This document shows, in pieces, positions 51,492 through 64,000 of a stretch of DNA of 64,000 nt (position 1 is its first letter; each line of letters starts with the position of its first letter). The translations under genes were made by a program, and so were the position numbers. The DNA comes from Octopus vulgaris (lineage: Eukaryota), in assembly GCA_951406725.2 (NCBI GenBank), contig OX597818.1:70060001-70124000 (forward strand), in the 5' to 3' direction. The notes under the pieces are model-generated. The model saw only the letters and a program-made list of their open reading frames with translations. It was not told where the DNA came from and did not search any database.

Positions 51492-51705
51492 TACTCTTTT
51501 ACTCTTTTACTTGTTTCAGTCATTTCACGGTGGCCATGCCGGAGCACTGCCTTTAATCGAGCTACTCGACCCCGGGACTTATTCTTTGTAAGCCCAGTAC
51601 TTATTCTATCAGTCTCTTTTGCCGAACCGCTAAGTGATGGGGACATAAACACATCAGCATCGGTTGTCAAGCAATGCTAGGGGGACAAACAGAGAACACA
51701 AACAT
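51492..51705 (-). mobile_element. 3' half of the 26472/55754 SINE family
   Basis: Reverse complement of gatagaataagtact.ggcttacaaagaataagtcc...actgaaacaagtaaaagagtaaaagag. Confidence 0.85.
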
Positions 51706-51771
<66 letters not shown>

Positions 51772-51784
51772 TATTCGTAAACTT

Positions 51785-51822
<38 letters not shown>

Positions 51823-52042
51823 CACACATACATACACATACATGTGGGTATATGTGTGCATATATGTGTATTTAGAAATATTCACAGGTGCATGCAGACA
51901 CACACACACACACACAAGTACCTGTTCAGTATAAATGGAAGAAAGTGCTCAATACCAAAACTTGGATGATAAACCTGTGAACATACAGGTGAAACAAAAC
52001 TGATAAAATGATATAACCAAGACACACACAAACACACACATG

Positions 52043-52092
<50 letters not shown>

Positions 52093-52724
52093 TGTCCAGA
52101 ACACATCCTGAGTCATGCAAATCTATAACAAATCTCATCTAAAATATTTGGTGAAATTGAAGAATTTGAAAACCATTAACATTGCAAATGACAGAGTTGA
52201 AGGAGAACGGGAAAACATTTATTGCACCTGTCTGTCTATCTCTCTCTGTCCACTCTGTGGAGAGGTTGGTGTTAGGAAGGACATCCGGCCCCCAAAAATA
52301 AAACCATGCCAAAAAGAAGCAGTGAAGCAGGGTGCAGTCTCTGCCTACCCACCTCTCCTCAAACCATCCAACCCATGCCAGCATGAAAAGCACTCGTTAA
52401 ACAACATGATGATGATGATGATGGTGATATATAATATAGCTTTAATTACAGACGATTCATAATATTGACAGTATTCTTGACAACTTGTTGATTAAGCAAC
52501 AAGTCCCTGTTCCTTCATTTATTTGGAAGAGAGATTATTTGGGAGTTATGTAAGTTGTTGCACCATCTCACCAATTGCATTTATGTCACAATAGAGATTC
52601 CTAAAGATACAATTGTAGCAATACCAGATAAACCCATTCAACCATGAAACCATCCAACCCATGCTAGCATAGAAAACAGACATACACATGACGATGACGA
52701 CGATGATGATGATGATGACGATGA

Positions 52725-52922
<198 letters not shown>

Positions 52923-52986
52923 TAAACATACACACCTTCCTTCATCTATGCAAAAGTATATGATAAAATTTTCTTTCTACTTGCAG

Positions 52987-53006
52987 TGACTTCAGAGATT
53001 TGCCAG
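52987..53006 (+). other. Candidate 20-nt micro-exon of an unidentified host gene
   Basis: ttttctttctacttgcag | TGACTTCAGAGATTTGCCAG | gtaagt. Consensus acceptor and a perfect CAG/GTAAGT donor in non-repeat sequence. Confidence 0.45.
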
Positions 53007-53267
53007 GTAAGTTGCTTACTCCAACTATCATTGATATTCTAACAGACATTAGATGCTGCACCTGTATTGAATCCTTCATTTAGCCAAGCTTTGTTGTTTT
53101 TGTATATGAATGGAAACAGTAATTTAACTACACATGTACACATACAAGTGCATATATATATATATATATACACACACATACTTATGTATATATGTGTATA
53201 TATATGTGTGTGTGTGTATATGTATATATGCACATATATATGTGTGTGTGTGTGTATGTATATATAA

Positions 53268-53307
<40 letters not shown>

Positions 53308-53659
53308 TGCTCACTGCTTCCTAGTTGTATACACAATAGTTTTGTTTATTTTATCAAATGTATATTTTTGATTGTTTTCTTTATTTTTCATCGGAATTCA
53401 GTTGCAACAATATCGGAAAAAAAAAGAAAAAAAAGTTAAAATAATAAACAAAAATAAATTTTAAAACATAAAAAAAATATATATATAAATGTTAAAATTG
53501 AAAGGTAATATAAAAGTTTTGAAGAAAACCAAAGAAATCTGAACCACAACAGAATTCTTTTTTTTTACTTTTTATAATGAACAAAACTAAAAATTCAAAC
53601 AAAAAACTATTTTTGTTTTCATTCAACTTCGTCCAACATTGATTCTGTAATTTCTACAT

Positions 53660-53691
<32 letters not shown>

Positions 53692-53837
53692 GCAATCACT
53701 ATTGCTACTGCTACTACAATTCCTCCCTCTACTACTGCTACTATAGTGACAACTACTACTACTACTACAACTACTGAACTTGCGAATGTAATGCTGATGA
53801 AGCTGTGTCAGTTGCTTTGGAATTTCTTTCCATTCGT

Positions 53838-54005
53838 ATGTGTGTGTGTGTGTGTATACGTGTGTGTGTGTGTGTGTATACATGTGTGTGTGTGTATACA
53901 TGTGTGTGTGTGTATACATGTGTGTGTGTGTATACATGTGTGTGTGTGTATACGTGTGTGTGTGTGTATACATGTGTGTGTGTGTGTATACATATGTGTG
54001 TGTGT
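53838..54005. repeat. Minisatellite of (GT)n-ATAC(A/G)T units
   Basis: About 8 units of ~18 bp, e.g. gtgtgtgtgtgtatacat. Confidence 0.9.
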
Positions 54006-54499
54006 ACATCATGTATGTGTGTATACAGTATGCAGGTACATGTATGAATATATTGTATATTGAACATATGCATGTATATTGTGTATGTATGTTTAATATT
54101 TTATCTCATCGAAAAATTTAATCTCAATACAATCAATAAAACACCCTGCAATTATACAGTGTCCCAACCAACTGTCTACATCAGTAAAATGTGCCTACAG
54201 AAATAGGTGATGCAGCAGAAAACTGCCCCATGTCTGGATTGTTTCACTGCACCCCTGCAAGTAATATGATCGTCACCTAGGTATACCCAGACAAAACGAC
54301 CTCATTCTTGCCATTTGGTTAATCCCTTTTCATACCATGAAATAAAAGACTGAAGAATTTAATTGAACAATTTTACTTGAAGTTTGCCATTGAACCCTGA
54401 AAGAATGAAAGACAAAGATGAACTCAACCGGATTTAAAATCAGAATGTAAAAGAGTCGGAAGAAAGGCTGCGGAGTATTTCGTGTGATGCCTGAAGGGT

Positions 54500-54762
54500 T
54501 TGGCCAGTTTGCCACCAACATAATGATAATGATTTCAAATCTTAGCACAAGGCCAGTGATTTCAGAGAGATGGTAAGTCAATTACATCAGCCCCAGGATT
54601 CAACTGGTATTTAGGTTTTCGACCCTGAAAAGATGAAAAGCAAAGTTGATCTTGACAGAATTTGAACTCAGAACCTAACAACAGACAAAATGTTGCTTAG
54701 TATTTTGCCTGCTGTGCTTATCATTCTCTTACCTCACCACCTTAAGAATAATAATTAATAAC

Positions 54763-54798
<36 letters not shown>

Positions 54799-55050
54799 TA
54801 ATAACAATAAAAATATATTTCTTTACTACCCACAAGGGGTTAAACACAGAGGAGACAAACAAGGATGGACAAATGGATTAAGTTGATTACATTGACCCCA
54901 GTACGTAACTGGTACTTATTTCATCGACCCCAAAAGGATGAAAGGCAAAGTAAACCTTGGTGGAATTTGAACCCAGAACGTAATGGCAGATGAAATATGG
55001 CTAAGCATTTCACCCGGCGTGCTAACGGTTCTGCCAGCTCGCCGCTTAAC
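54500..55050 (-). mobile_element. Two copies of the (ATT)n-associated SINE flanking an (AAT)n array
   Basis: Reverse complement of the 21838-22960 unit (aactggtactt.ttt.atcgaccc..aaaggatgaaaggcaaagt...ggaatttgaac) at ~54535-54745 and ~54870-55050. Confidence 0.8.
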
Positions 55051-55753
55051 AATAATAATAATAATAATGATGATAATAATATGTTGATGATGATGATGAT
55101 CATCATCATCATCATGGTGGTGTTGATGATGAAAACATTAGTAATTTTTAATTTGCCATTTTTCTCTCTGGTTCATTACATTCTGAGTTCAAATTTCACA
55201 AAGGTCGATTTTGCATTTCATCCCTCCAGGGTAGAGGAAAGAAAGTATTAGTCAAGCATTGGCATTGACACTATCAGCCGGTTCTCTTCCTCTAAAAATG
55301 CACCAAAATTTGAAGGAATCATTATTATTATTGTAAATAAGGACAAACCAGCCAGTTTGTTTGGGAAAATTTTTAGGTTAGGGATAGTTATGAGTAATTT
55401 CTAGAAATCCTTAACATGAAAATGTTGGTGAGTGGCCCTACTGATCTGAGATTAATTCTTCAAGTACAGAGATGCCACCAGGCAGCAGAACTGAAGATGA
55501 ATGCAAAGTAGCAAAATACTGCACACACAAATGCCTTTAGTAGAGAGGATTATTATAATTATAACTGAATCAATTTGTTTTCTAGCAGCTCATGAGGTAG
55601 GAATTAGCATTTTTGTATAAATTTTAGCTCTTAGCAATTTCTAAAAATGTGGAGGCTTTTGTTTCTTTGTTTTTTTATTAGGTGGTGTTGTAGTAGTTGC
55701 ATAGAATAGATGGCTATAAGTGGTTCATCAATGAGCATATATATATATATATA

Positions 55754-56153
55754 GGTATAGGAGTGGCTGTGTGGTAAGTAGCTTGCTTTCCAACCACACG
55801 GTTCCAGGTTCAGTCCCACAGCGTGGCACCTTGGGCAAGTGTCTTCTACTATAGCATCGGGCTGACCAAAGCCTTGTGAGTGGATTTGGTAGACGGAAAC
55901 TGAAAGAAGCCCATTGTATATACGTATATATATATATATGTATGTGTTTGTGTGTCTGTGTTTGTCTCCCTCAACATTGCTTGACAACTGATGCTGGTGT
56001 GTTTACGTTCCCGTAACTTAGCAGTTCAGCAAAAGAGACCGATAGAATAAGTACTAGGCTTACAAAGAATAACTCCTGGCTTCGATTTACTCGACTAAAG
56101 GCAGTGCTCCAGCATGGCCACAGTCAACTGAAACAAGTAAAAGAGTAAAAAAG
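55754..56153 (+). mobile_element. Full-length tRNA-derived SINE inserted in (TA)n
   Basis: Collinear with 26472-26875; A/B boxes present; tail gtaaaagagtaaaa. Confidence 0.9.
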
Positions 56154-56897
56154 TATACATATGTCAGAAAGAGAGAATGGACAAGCAAAACCTTGGCATC
56201 ACTTTAGAGTGTGTAATTGATAATTCAAATGTAATTGCAGTTGTTAAATTGTATAAGGATTAAGAAGTGGTCGGTGAAGTCTCTTACGGGGGTTTCTTGA
56301 ATAGCTGTGCATAAGGCACATATCTAATGGAGCAAAGGTTTCTGAATAAAAGCCAACTATTGAGTCTTCAGAGACGAAGAATTAAGGAATATCTTTGATA
56401 TTTCTGAAATGTCTTGCAAATATGAATTAGTTTGAATTATAAATTCCATGCTCCAAACTGACAGCCCATGTTTGGCCTGATCTTTCTTTCTAAAACACAA
56501 ATCAAACATTAAACAATACAAAGAATAAAAGAATAAAAGGACATACATATGGAATGTGTTAGTTTGACGCTCAGTAAAGGTGGTTAAAAGAAGACGTGTG
56601 TGTGTGTGTGTGCGTGTGTGTGTGCTTCTGTGAGTTTAATTCAAGTTCTTTTTGAGAGAGTTCAAGCCGGTCACTAACAAAGCAACAAAACATTTTGTGT
56701 TGAGAGAGTTCTTAGTGTTTGTAAATTTGTGGCTGAGTTGGTTGAACTGTTGATGCATGCACCCGGGTGTGTGCATCTGTCCACATAAGAATCTCATTTG
56801 GAGAATTTTTTAAATGTCTTGCAAATTATCACTGAGATTAGATTTGGAGAATTAATGTCAGTTTTTTTGCACATTTTCTGCAAAACTGATATATATC

Positions 56898-57090
56898 TAT
56901 CGTTATGATAGATCGCTAGCCACTACACACCCTTTATTTTCTCTCCTTGTTTCTTTCTGTGTTCCTTTCTGTGGAAGAGCGTAGGCTCGAAACATTAAAG
57001 ACTTTTTCTATTCCTGAGTGTTATACTAATACATCTGTTTGTCATCTACACTACCTGTCGTCGTCTTTTGTTTTTTTTTAATTCTCCCTA
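56898..57090 (+). mobile_element. ~190-bp HHR-bearing element between TA repeats (copy 2); HHR-like motif at 56965-57000
   Basis: cttt-CTGtGGA-a-gagc-gtag-gctc-GAAA-ca-TT-aaag, with a perfect stem II gagc/gctc. Confidence 0.7.
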
Positions 57091-57101
57091 TATATATACA
57101 T

Positions 57102-57198
<97 letters not shown>

Positions 57199-57970
57199 CA
57201 GACAGAAAAGGAGAGAGAATGAAATGTATATCTATATTCACTACAAAGGCTGACCAGAACCGAGAGAAAGAAGAATGAATTCCAATCGTAGCAATTGCAA
57301 CAGCAATGCATTGCCCAAACTGTTGGCCTCTTAGCACGCTAGAAAAGAGATGATATCATTGGAAAGAAATGAACCATGATTCATAAACTGGATGCTCAAC
57401 ATTCTTTTGACTCTTTTTGTTGTTTTTTTATTGTCCTGCCTGTAAAAAAAAACTTGTAATAATTTGTAATATTCGCACGGACAAAGCTGTGTGCTTATTA
57501 TTGACCTTCTAACTTGACAAACAATGGACATGCTATAATTTGTTTCGGAAATAATATTTCATTTGCAAATGATAATAATAAACGATAATAATAACAACAA
57601 TAATAATGATAATAATAATAATAATAATAATAACTGATTTCCTAAAAAAATAGCAAAAAATGTTGCTGCATCTGCTGCAATTATCCACTAAACTCTGGTG
57701 TTTAGTACATTCCCAGACATGACATCTCCTACCAAACCCTACCATTAATCTATTGAAAACTAGATTTCAATAAGTTTGGCGGATAAGGAAGGGGGTGGGG
57801 TAGGAGCAAAACCCTGCAAAACCTAAACAAAAACAACAAAATAAAAATGGTAACCATTTCTGTAATGATAGCTTCAATATTATTCAGATATACAATAATT
57901 CAAGCATGTCTGTGTGAAGCATTATAATACAAGACTCTCTGATCGTAGATCAATGTTTAGAGTCATCATC

Positions 57971-58003
<33 letters not shown>

Positions 58004-58735
58004 CCCAGAATTCAAAGGGACCAACATAATATGAAACTAGTTTTGTTTGTTTTGCACGTTTTGTGTTTGTTTTTGTATGTATTTTTCAGTCTTTTGTTTA
58101 AATTTTGTTTTGACTTTTTTTGTTTTGTTTTTTTTTGTTTCACATATTTTTTTTTTATTTTTAATTTCTAAATTGTTTTGTGCATTCGATGAAATTTGTC
58201 TTTCTTCCAATAGCTTTACATTCAACTGCCAATTATGATGACCAATTTATTGAATTAGTTGTAGCAGTTGCTGCTGCTGTTGTTGTCTAACCCTAGGCTA
58301 ACTCTGACTGAGCAGATCTATGATCAAAGGCGTTCCAGTTACGACCATGCTGCTGTTGTTTAGCCCTAGGTCAGTCCTGATTGAGCAGACCTATGATCAT
58401 TAGTATTTCTGTTATGACCAATCTGGTTTATTTCAGGCATAATGTATCTTGAAAGTCATTATGCTAAATTTTATCTCTTTCTTAATTGGTAGATTTCAAA
58501 TTTGGAGGAGATTTAGCTGCTATTTCTAGCTTGCTTATTAATCATAATGAGGCTTTCTTGTTGGTTTATTGTCGAAATAGTCAACTAAACTGGTTCACAT
58601 TTCCCGTTTATTTCCAAGAAAGAAATAAACATGCAATCTCCCTCTCTCTCACCCATTCTCTCCCACTCTCTCTCACTCCTTCACTCACTCTCTCTCTCAC
58701 CCACTCTCTCCCACTCTCTCTCACTCCTTCACTCA

Positions 58736-58767
<32 letters not shown>

Positions 58768-59789
58768 AACACAAGCATTGAGGCGTGTACATCTTTCTGC
58801 ATTCACTCCCAACTGCAGGAGAACTGACAGTCACAAGGGTTGTGAGGTCATGTTGTTGCTCTACCGAACACACATTCATTATTTCACACAGATATTCACA
58901 CTGGACTGACAGAATCATTAGAGCATTAGAAAACATGCTCTTTCAGCTCACTACATTCTGAGTTCAAATCCCAATGGGGTCAACTTTGCCTTTCATTGAA
59001 ATAAAGTATCAATCAACTCCTGGGGTTGAGAGTATCAATTAAACCCACACTCTTTCAAAATTGCTGATCCTGGGCCTAAATAAGGACTTATTATTTTGCA
59101 GAAGTGTTGATGCTATAAAACTTTGCTATATATATGCACCTAAAAAGTGAAGCACCTTGGTTGATGTTGGTGGTGTTATTGTTGTTGTTTAACCCCAGGT
59201 CAGCCCTGATCAAGCAGGCCTATCATCAAATCTATTTCAAATGTGATCATCATGACAGACTGCTTTATTCAATATATCTCTCTTAAGAGGTAGTAATTGA
59301 AAAGGATTTGGTTGCTATTTCTAGTAGGTTGATTGCTTATTAATTTAATCATTAATTTGAAGCACTTGGGGCATTCATATGAAGGAAACTCATCCCACAG
59401 GCTGCTAACTTACTCATAAATCAGGCTTCACCCTAATATTGTATTTTTACTAATAAATTGAAAAGGTGTACCACCAAAAGAAAAAAAAAATGTCCTTTTC
59501 AGAGAAAAAAAAGACACATTTCAAAGTTTTATGTAGATATTCCTTTATTTTCCTATCAAACAAAAACTATTCAAATTTAATTGTACATCAAGCAGAGACT
59601 TGCCACAAAATTTTCATTTTACAAATGAATAATGTTATCCTTTAAGTAATTTTGATTAGGTTTAATTAAGGACATACAACAACATTAATGCATAAAGATG
59701 TCACAATGTTGTTTGATTTTTAAGTTTAATTAGGAAAGTTATGTACAAACAACCTTTTCTCTATTAAGAAAAGGTTAAGTTATATGACT

Positions 59790-60120
59790 TTTAAGTCCAT
59801 AGATACTATGCTTTGCACATTTACTTCCAACTGTTCATAGATATAATGTTAGCTTTTGGCAAAAAGCCACAAAATCTGTTTCTTTGCATTTGAAATACCA
59901 ATCCAATTCTGGTACAATTGCTCTAAACCAATTTTCCTCATCTTCTTTATTGTTCGGATGTTTTGTTCTCGTTTTTCCATCAAAGATAAATTTACTTGTC
60001 AAGGTACCATCTCTGTTGTGAATTTTATAAAGTTAAGACTTCAAAATGTTTCTTTGTCCTTCCTTGCTTACAAAATCTTGGACAAGTTTTTCTATGTCAA
60101 ATATCCTAGTTTCGCTTATT
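59790..60120 (-). pseudogene. Unidentified decayed coding fragment
   Basis: ISETRIFDIEKLVQDFVSKEGQRNILKS*LYKIHNRDGTLTSKFIFDGKTRTKHPNNKEDEENWFRAIVPELDWYFKCKETDFVAFCQKL has protein-like composition with one internal stop. Confidence 0.4.
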
Positions 60121-60974
60121 CAAGTACCATATTTGCTTCTTTTCTCAGAGCTCTATTAACAAGGACCTAACACAGGGTGCCAGACAGAAAAAGATCAATA
60201 TTTTTTAATGTTTTTTCCAATCACAGCATGTCTATCCTTGTTCTCATTCTGACTGCAACTCTATCGAATAAAAATAATAATAACAATAATAAATAACGAT
60301 GATGACTGAGTGATCTTCATGCTCCTGGCTTCAAAATTAAGCAAATGAAAAATGAGAATAAACAAGCTGTGAACTGAAATAAATCACAAAATTTGATGAA
60401 AAAAAAGTTGTTTTTTCAATAATCATAATTCTTGTTTAATAATATTTAAGAAAAATTACTTTAGAGTTATGACAGTTCATACGTTTTAGTGTCTTTAAAG
60501 CTAAGGAGAAATGGCATTTTCATAGAAAGAAGCTGGAGAACTTCGATATCTACAATACATATCTAGTGAGCTTATGGCTATTTTAAGAGATACAGCTATT
60601 CAAATTATAGTGACAATATGGCATCGAGGCATAAGAAGTAAAAGAGGCAGCAAAATGTAAAAATATTTAACTCCCCTCCTCCCCATGCCCCAGCAGAATT
60701 AAAAATGTCAAATATTTTAAGAGTTTTCTATCTACAAGAAAATGGGAAAATGGTTATCAAAATATGTATGCACACCACCCTACACACACATACCCCTACA
60801 AACACACACACACTCACACACATAATGTATCAATACATCTATCTATCTATATTTAGTATCAAAACTGTCAACTGTACGCAATGTATTGAGTTCAGTAACA
60901 AACAATGCTTGCTCTATGTAAAATATATCTTTTTATATTTTACAATTCCCTCTCGCTCCTTCTCTCTCTCCCCC

Positions 60975-61032
<58 letters not shown>

Positions 61033-61439
61033 GTATACAGTATTATAGATACATTACAGCTAATCTCACCAATTGGTTTTCCAGAGAATATTAAATAATT
61101 GGGTATTGCATAAGAGCATGGTTAAGCATTACTATGAACCCTTGAGAGTTAGTAGGAATCGAAAAAATATGTTGCCTTATTTTTTTCCATTCTTACTATC
61201 TCTGAAGAGCAAAACTGCGTTGTTATCTAATATCTGGTCATTTGATACCCAGTGTGAAACTGATTGATAAGATCACCTCTCATGGGTTTATAATACTACA
61301 TATGTTCGTTAATACACACAGTTGACTGAAAATCTATACAAGGGCGTATTTTTCCTGATTTATGGATTCTTGGCAAAGTGTCTACAACATTTTATCAATT
61401 CTAGTAAACTTTCACATAGGACAGGATTGAAACTCAACC

Positions 61440-62200
61440 CTGTCCGTTGAGCACTGAAGAACCTTTCAACATCTCCTCAGCAGCTGCACCAGAGCTGTAA
61501 TTGATGGTCACTACAACTGGTGGTATGAGAAGGTTCTCAAGGAAGTAGCTGAAGTGATACTGACAGTGATTCAACCCAGTAAATACCACCCCAGGAAGGG
61601 GCCATCACTTTTCTCAGAGTCCAAGAGATACCCATTTCACTGAAGCTTCAATGACTTCCATTTCCACATTCCACAGGCCCAGACTGGCAACTGAAAGTGA
61701 ATCTTGCGGAACAGATAAATTTCCTAGAATACATTCTACCAACACCACTCCACCTGCACTTAGGGATCTTCTCAAATGCCACCAAATGAATGACCTTGTA
61801 GAAACTGAGGAGTGACACGTAGAGGAAGCTCATGAGAAGTTTGACAAACACCAGGAACTGGTAGAACAGTACAGAAACTGAGGCTGGCAGGCAGATTGTG
61901 GGGCAATAGAAAGGAGCTGATGAGGAATTTTTCTGAGGCTTTCTGACTGCAGAGCTCTGACTAGGCTTGCAATTGATGGCACAACAAAGAGGAGGGCCAT
62001 AAATTTCGTTGCTAAAGTTGCAGAGAAGGCCACTTGCTAGCTTTGGACAAAGCAGGTCCACCAGTGGTTGACTGCTATGGGAAAGCAAGCTGGGACTTGA
62101 TCAATTCCAGCTAGATTGACTGGATAAAGGGTCTCATGTTGAAAAAGCTAAAACACCTTGTGACCCCCAAAACATCACTAAGACAACACATCACCAAGCA
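61440..62200 (+). mobile_element. HERO/NeSL-like (R2 superfamily) LINE 3' fragment
   Basis: QHLLSSCTRA..DGHYNWWYEKVLKEVAE; DWQLKVNL..QINF..YI; EEAHEK..KHQELVEQ...GWQA.C.AIE; AEKATC*LWTK. Confidence 0.8.
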
Positions 62201-62245
62201 TTGGTGAGAGACATCTTAAAACAAGACTATAAAAATTTTATACAA

Positions 62246-62284
<39 letters not shown>

Positions 62285-63087
62285 CACATGTGTTGTGTGT
62301 GTGTGTGTGTGTGTGTGTCACATGCATAGACATCTCAAAAGTAAATAGACACCATTGCTTTTAGAATATGTATTTGTAGGAACAAAATGATGTCACTTGA
62401 TGCATTTAAAAAAATTTGATCTCAGATTTTGTTGTGCATAATACATAAAGTTTGAAGCAGCTGACGATGTCTGCTCCGATAAAATGGGATAAAAAGGATT
62501 ATCTACTTACTTGATGTCTATATATAATCACCCACAGTTTATGTTCACATTTCATGCTAGCATCGCTGGAATGAACCATAATAGTCTGAGTTGTGCTCAC
62601 TCAGTTGAAAATGTTGGCTGTGCCTCCCTAGACTAGGAGTCTTAGTTGGTCATGCTTGGGAATCCAGCCAGAAATTCTCATGACAGTCATTTTGGATGGG
62701 AACCTATGCAGGGTGTACATGAGGACTCTACCCCTGCATCCATCCTCCAAGAAAGAACGGGCAGAGAAAATGAATGGAAAGAAATATAAAAATTCATTTG
62801 AAATTCAATAGAAAAATGCTAATTTAATGCATGAAATTCAGTGGCGAATTCAGTAAAAATCTAATATTTTAATGTTAGACAGAAATAATGTCTGCTGTAG
62901 ATTTACATCAATGTATAGAACAACATGATTAATCCCATGGGTTGTGAGTTCAGCTGTGGAAGTCATGAAACATGGTTTAGTAGAAGAGAATAAACCCTAC
63001 CTACATTTTGTAGTGTGTGTGTGAGAGTGTGTATATATGTGAATACAACTATATAAAATAATGCATATGTTTCTCTATGATTCTGTA

Positions 63088-63133
<46 letters not shown>

Positions 63134-63154
63134 TATATACCTTGCTCAGAGATT

Positions 63155-63194
<40 letters not shown>

Positions 63195-63254
63195 GATATT
63201 TATGTTTGTCTACATGCATGAATAGGTACAACATATTTTATTTCAATAGATATG

Positions 63255-63296
<42 letters not shown>

Positions 63297-64000
63297 CATG
63301 TATGTTTCTGTTTGCAGAAAGCAGTATGCAATGCACCATACAGAGTGAGGTTATTTAATGAGAATCGTTGATTATTTACTTGATCGCTTGTCAGAGTTCT
63401 CCCCATGTTGTTTACACAGGATCAGCCAGGCAACATTCGATGAATGAACAAAGTTAAATGTTAGAAACAATTTAACTAGGTTGACTTTCATTGGTTGAGG
63501 CTGACCATATTGTCAAATAGGTGGGGAACTCAAGATATCATAACTGCTAGTCAACCTGCTCTGCTGTAAGGGAAAGTACCAGGTCCAGACATGTAGAACT
63601 TGTTGAATCCGTTTATCTGGGATTCCACTTGTTACAGCTAGGAACCTCAAGTGTTTGAAAACTATCCAAAAATATTTTTCCTCACTGATTTTGGTAACAC
63701 ATGGCACCCAATTTCTGATTGAATGGTGTGACAGTTTTGATAATGCACCTTGCTATTACAGATGAAGATCTGTAATCTCTGAGTCTCCAGATAAAGTAAG
63801 ATAAAGGTGTAAAGGTTTCTGTGGCCTTTGATCTGAATAAGAGGAAATTGTTTGCTTTGCCACTTAGTCAGAAAGGAAAAGCAGAATCCACGATCATTTA
63901 CAAAGCCTCCAAGATTGATGAGAAATGTCTTAGATCTTTTATGTCTTTCAGTTATTGGACTGTGGCCATGCTGCAGCACCAACTGGAAGGGTTTAGTTGA

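Noticed and set aside
57235-58260. Strong acceptors at ~57440 (-) and ~58213 (+), also ~25005 (+) and ~6750 (+)
   Set aside because: No convincing paired donor or coding frame; T-rich tracts are common here.
61910-61930. ctgatgag hammerhead core word
   Set aside because: Lies within the HERO LINE coding relic, with no stems or GAAA in the right place.

Overview
AT-rich, repeat-dense animal genomic DNA with no intact protein-coding gene. The SINE/LINE repertoire and the very high density of (TA)n/(CA)n/(ATT)n/(CAT)n microsatellites point to an octopus genome (inference from recognised repeat families). Nearly all ORF-track entries are microsatellite translations. Real coding signal comes from decayed transposons: a 3.1-kb 5'-truncated RTE LINE with a PHD-type zinc finger inside its RT; Dong/R4, HERO, CR1 and Tx1/L1-like LINE fragments; Penelope-like element (PLE) fragments with GIY-YIG motifs; two Tc1/mariner relics; a Helentron-associated element; and many tRNA-derived SINEs. 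The most interesting unannotated layer is about nine degenerate minimal type-I hammerhead ribozyme (HHR) motifs from several families. Two sit back-to-back at the centre of a ~430-bp palindrome with a target-site duplication (23484-23953), and together they reconstruct a near-complete ribozyme. A 20-nt candidate micro-exon (52987-53006, +) suggests the window may lie in a large intron. Motifs were read by eye; coordinates of decayed elements are approximate.
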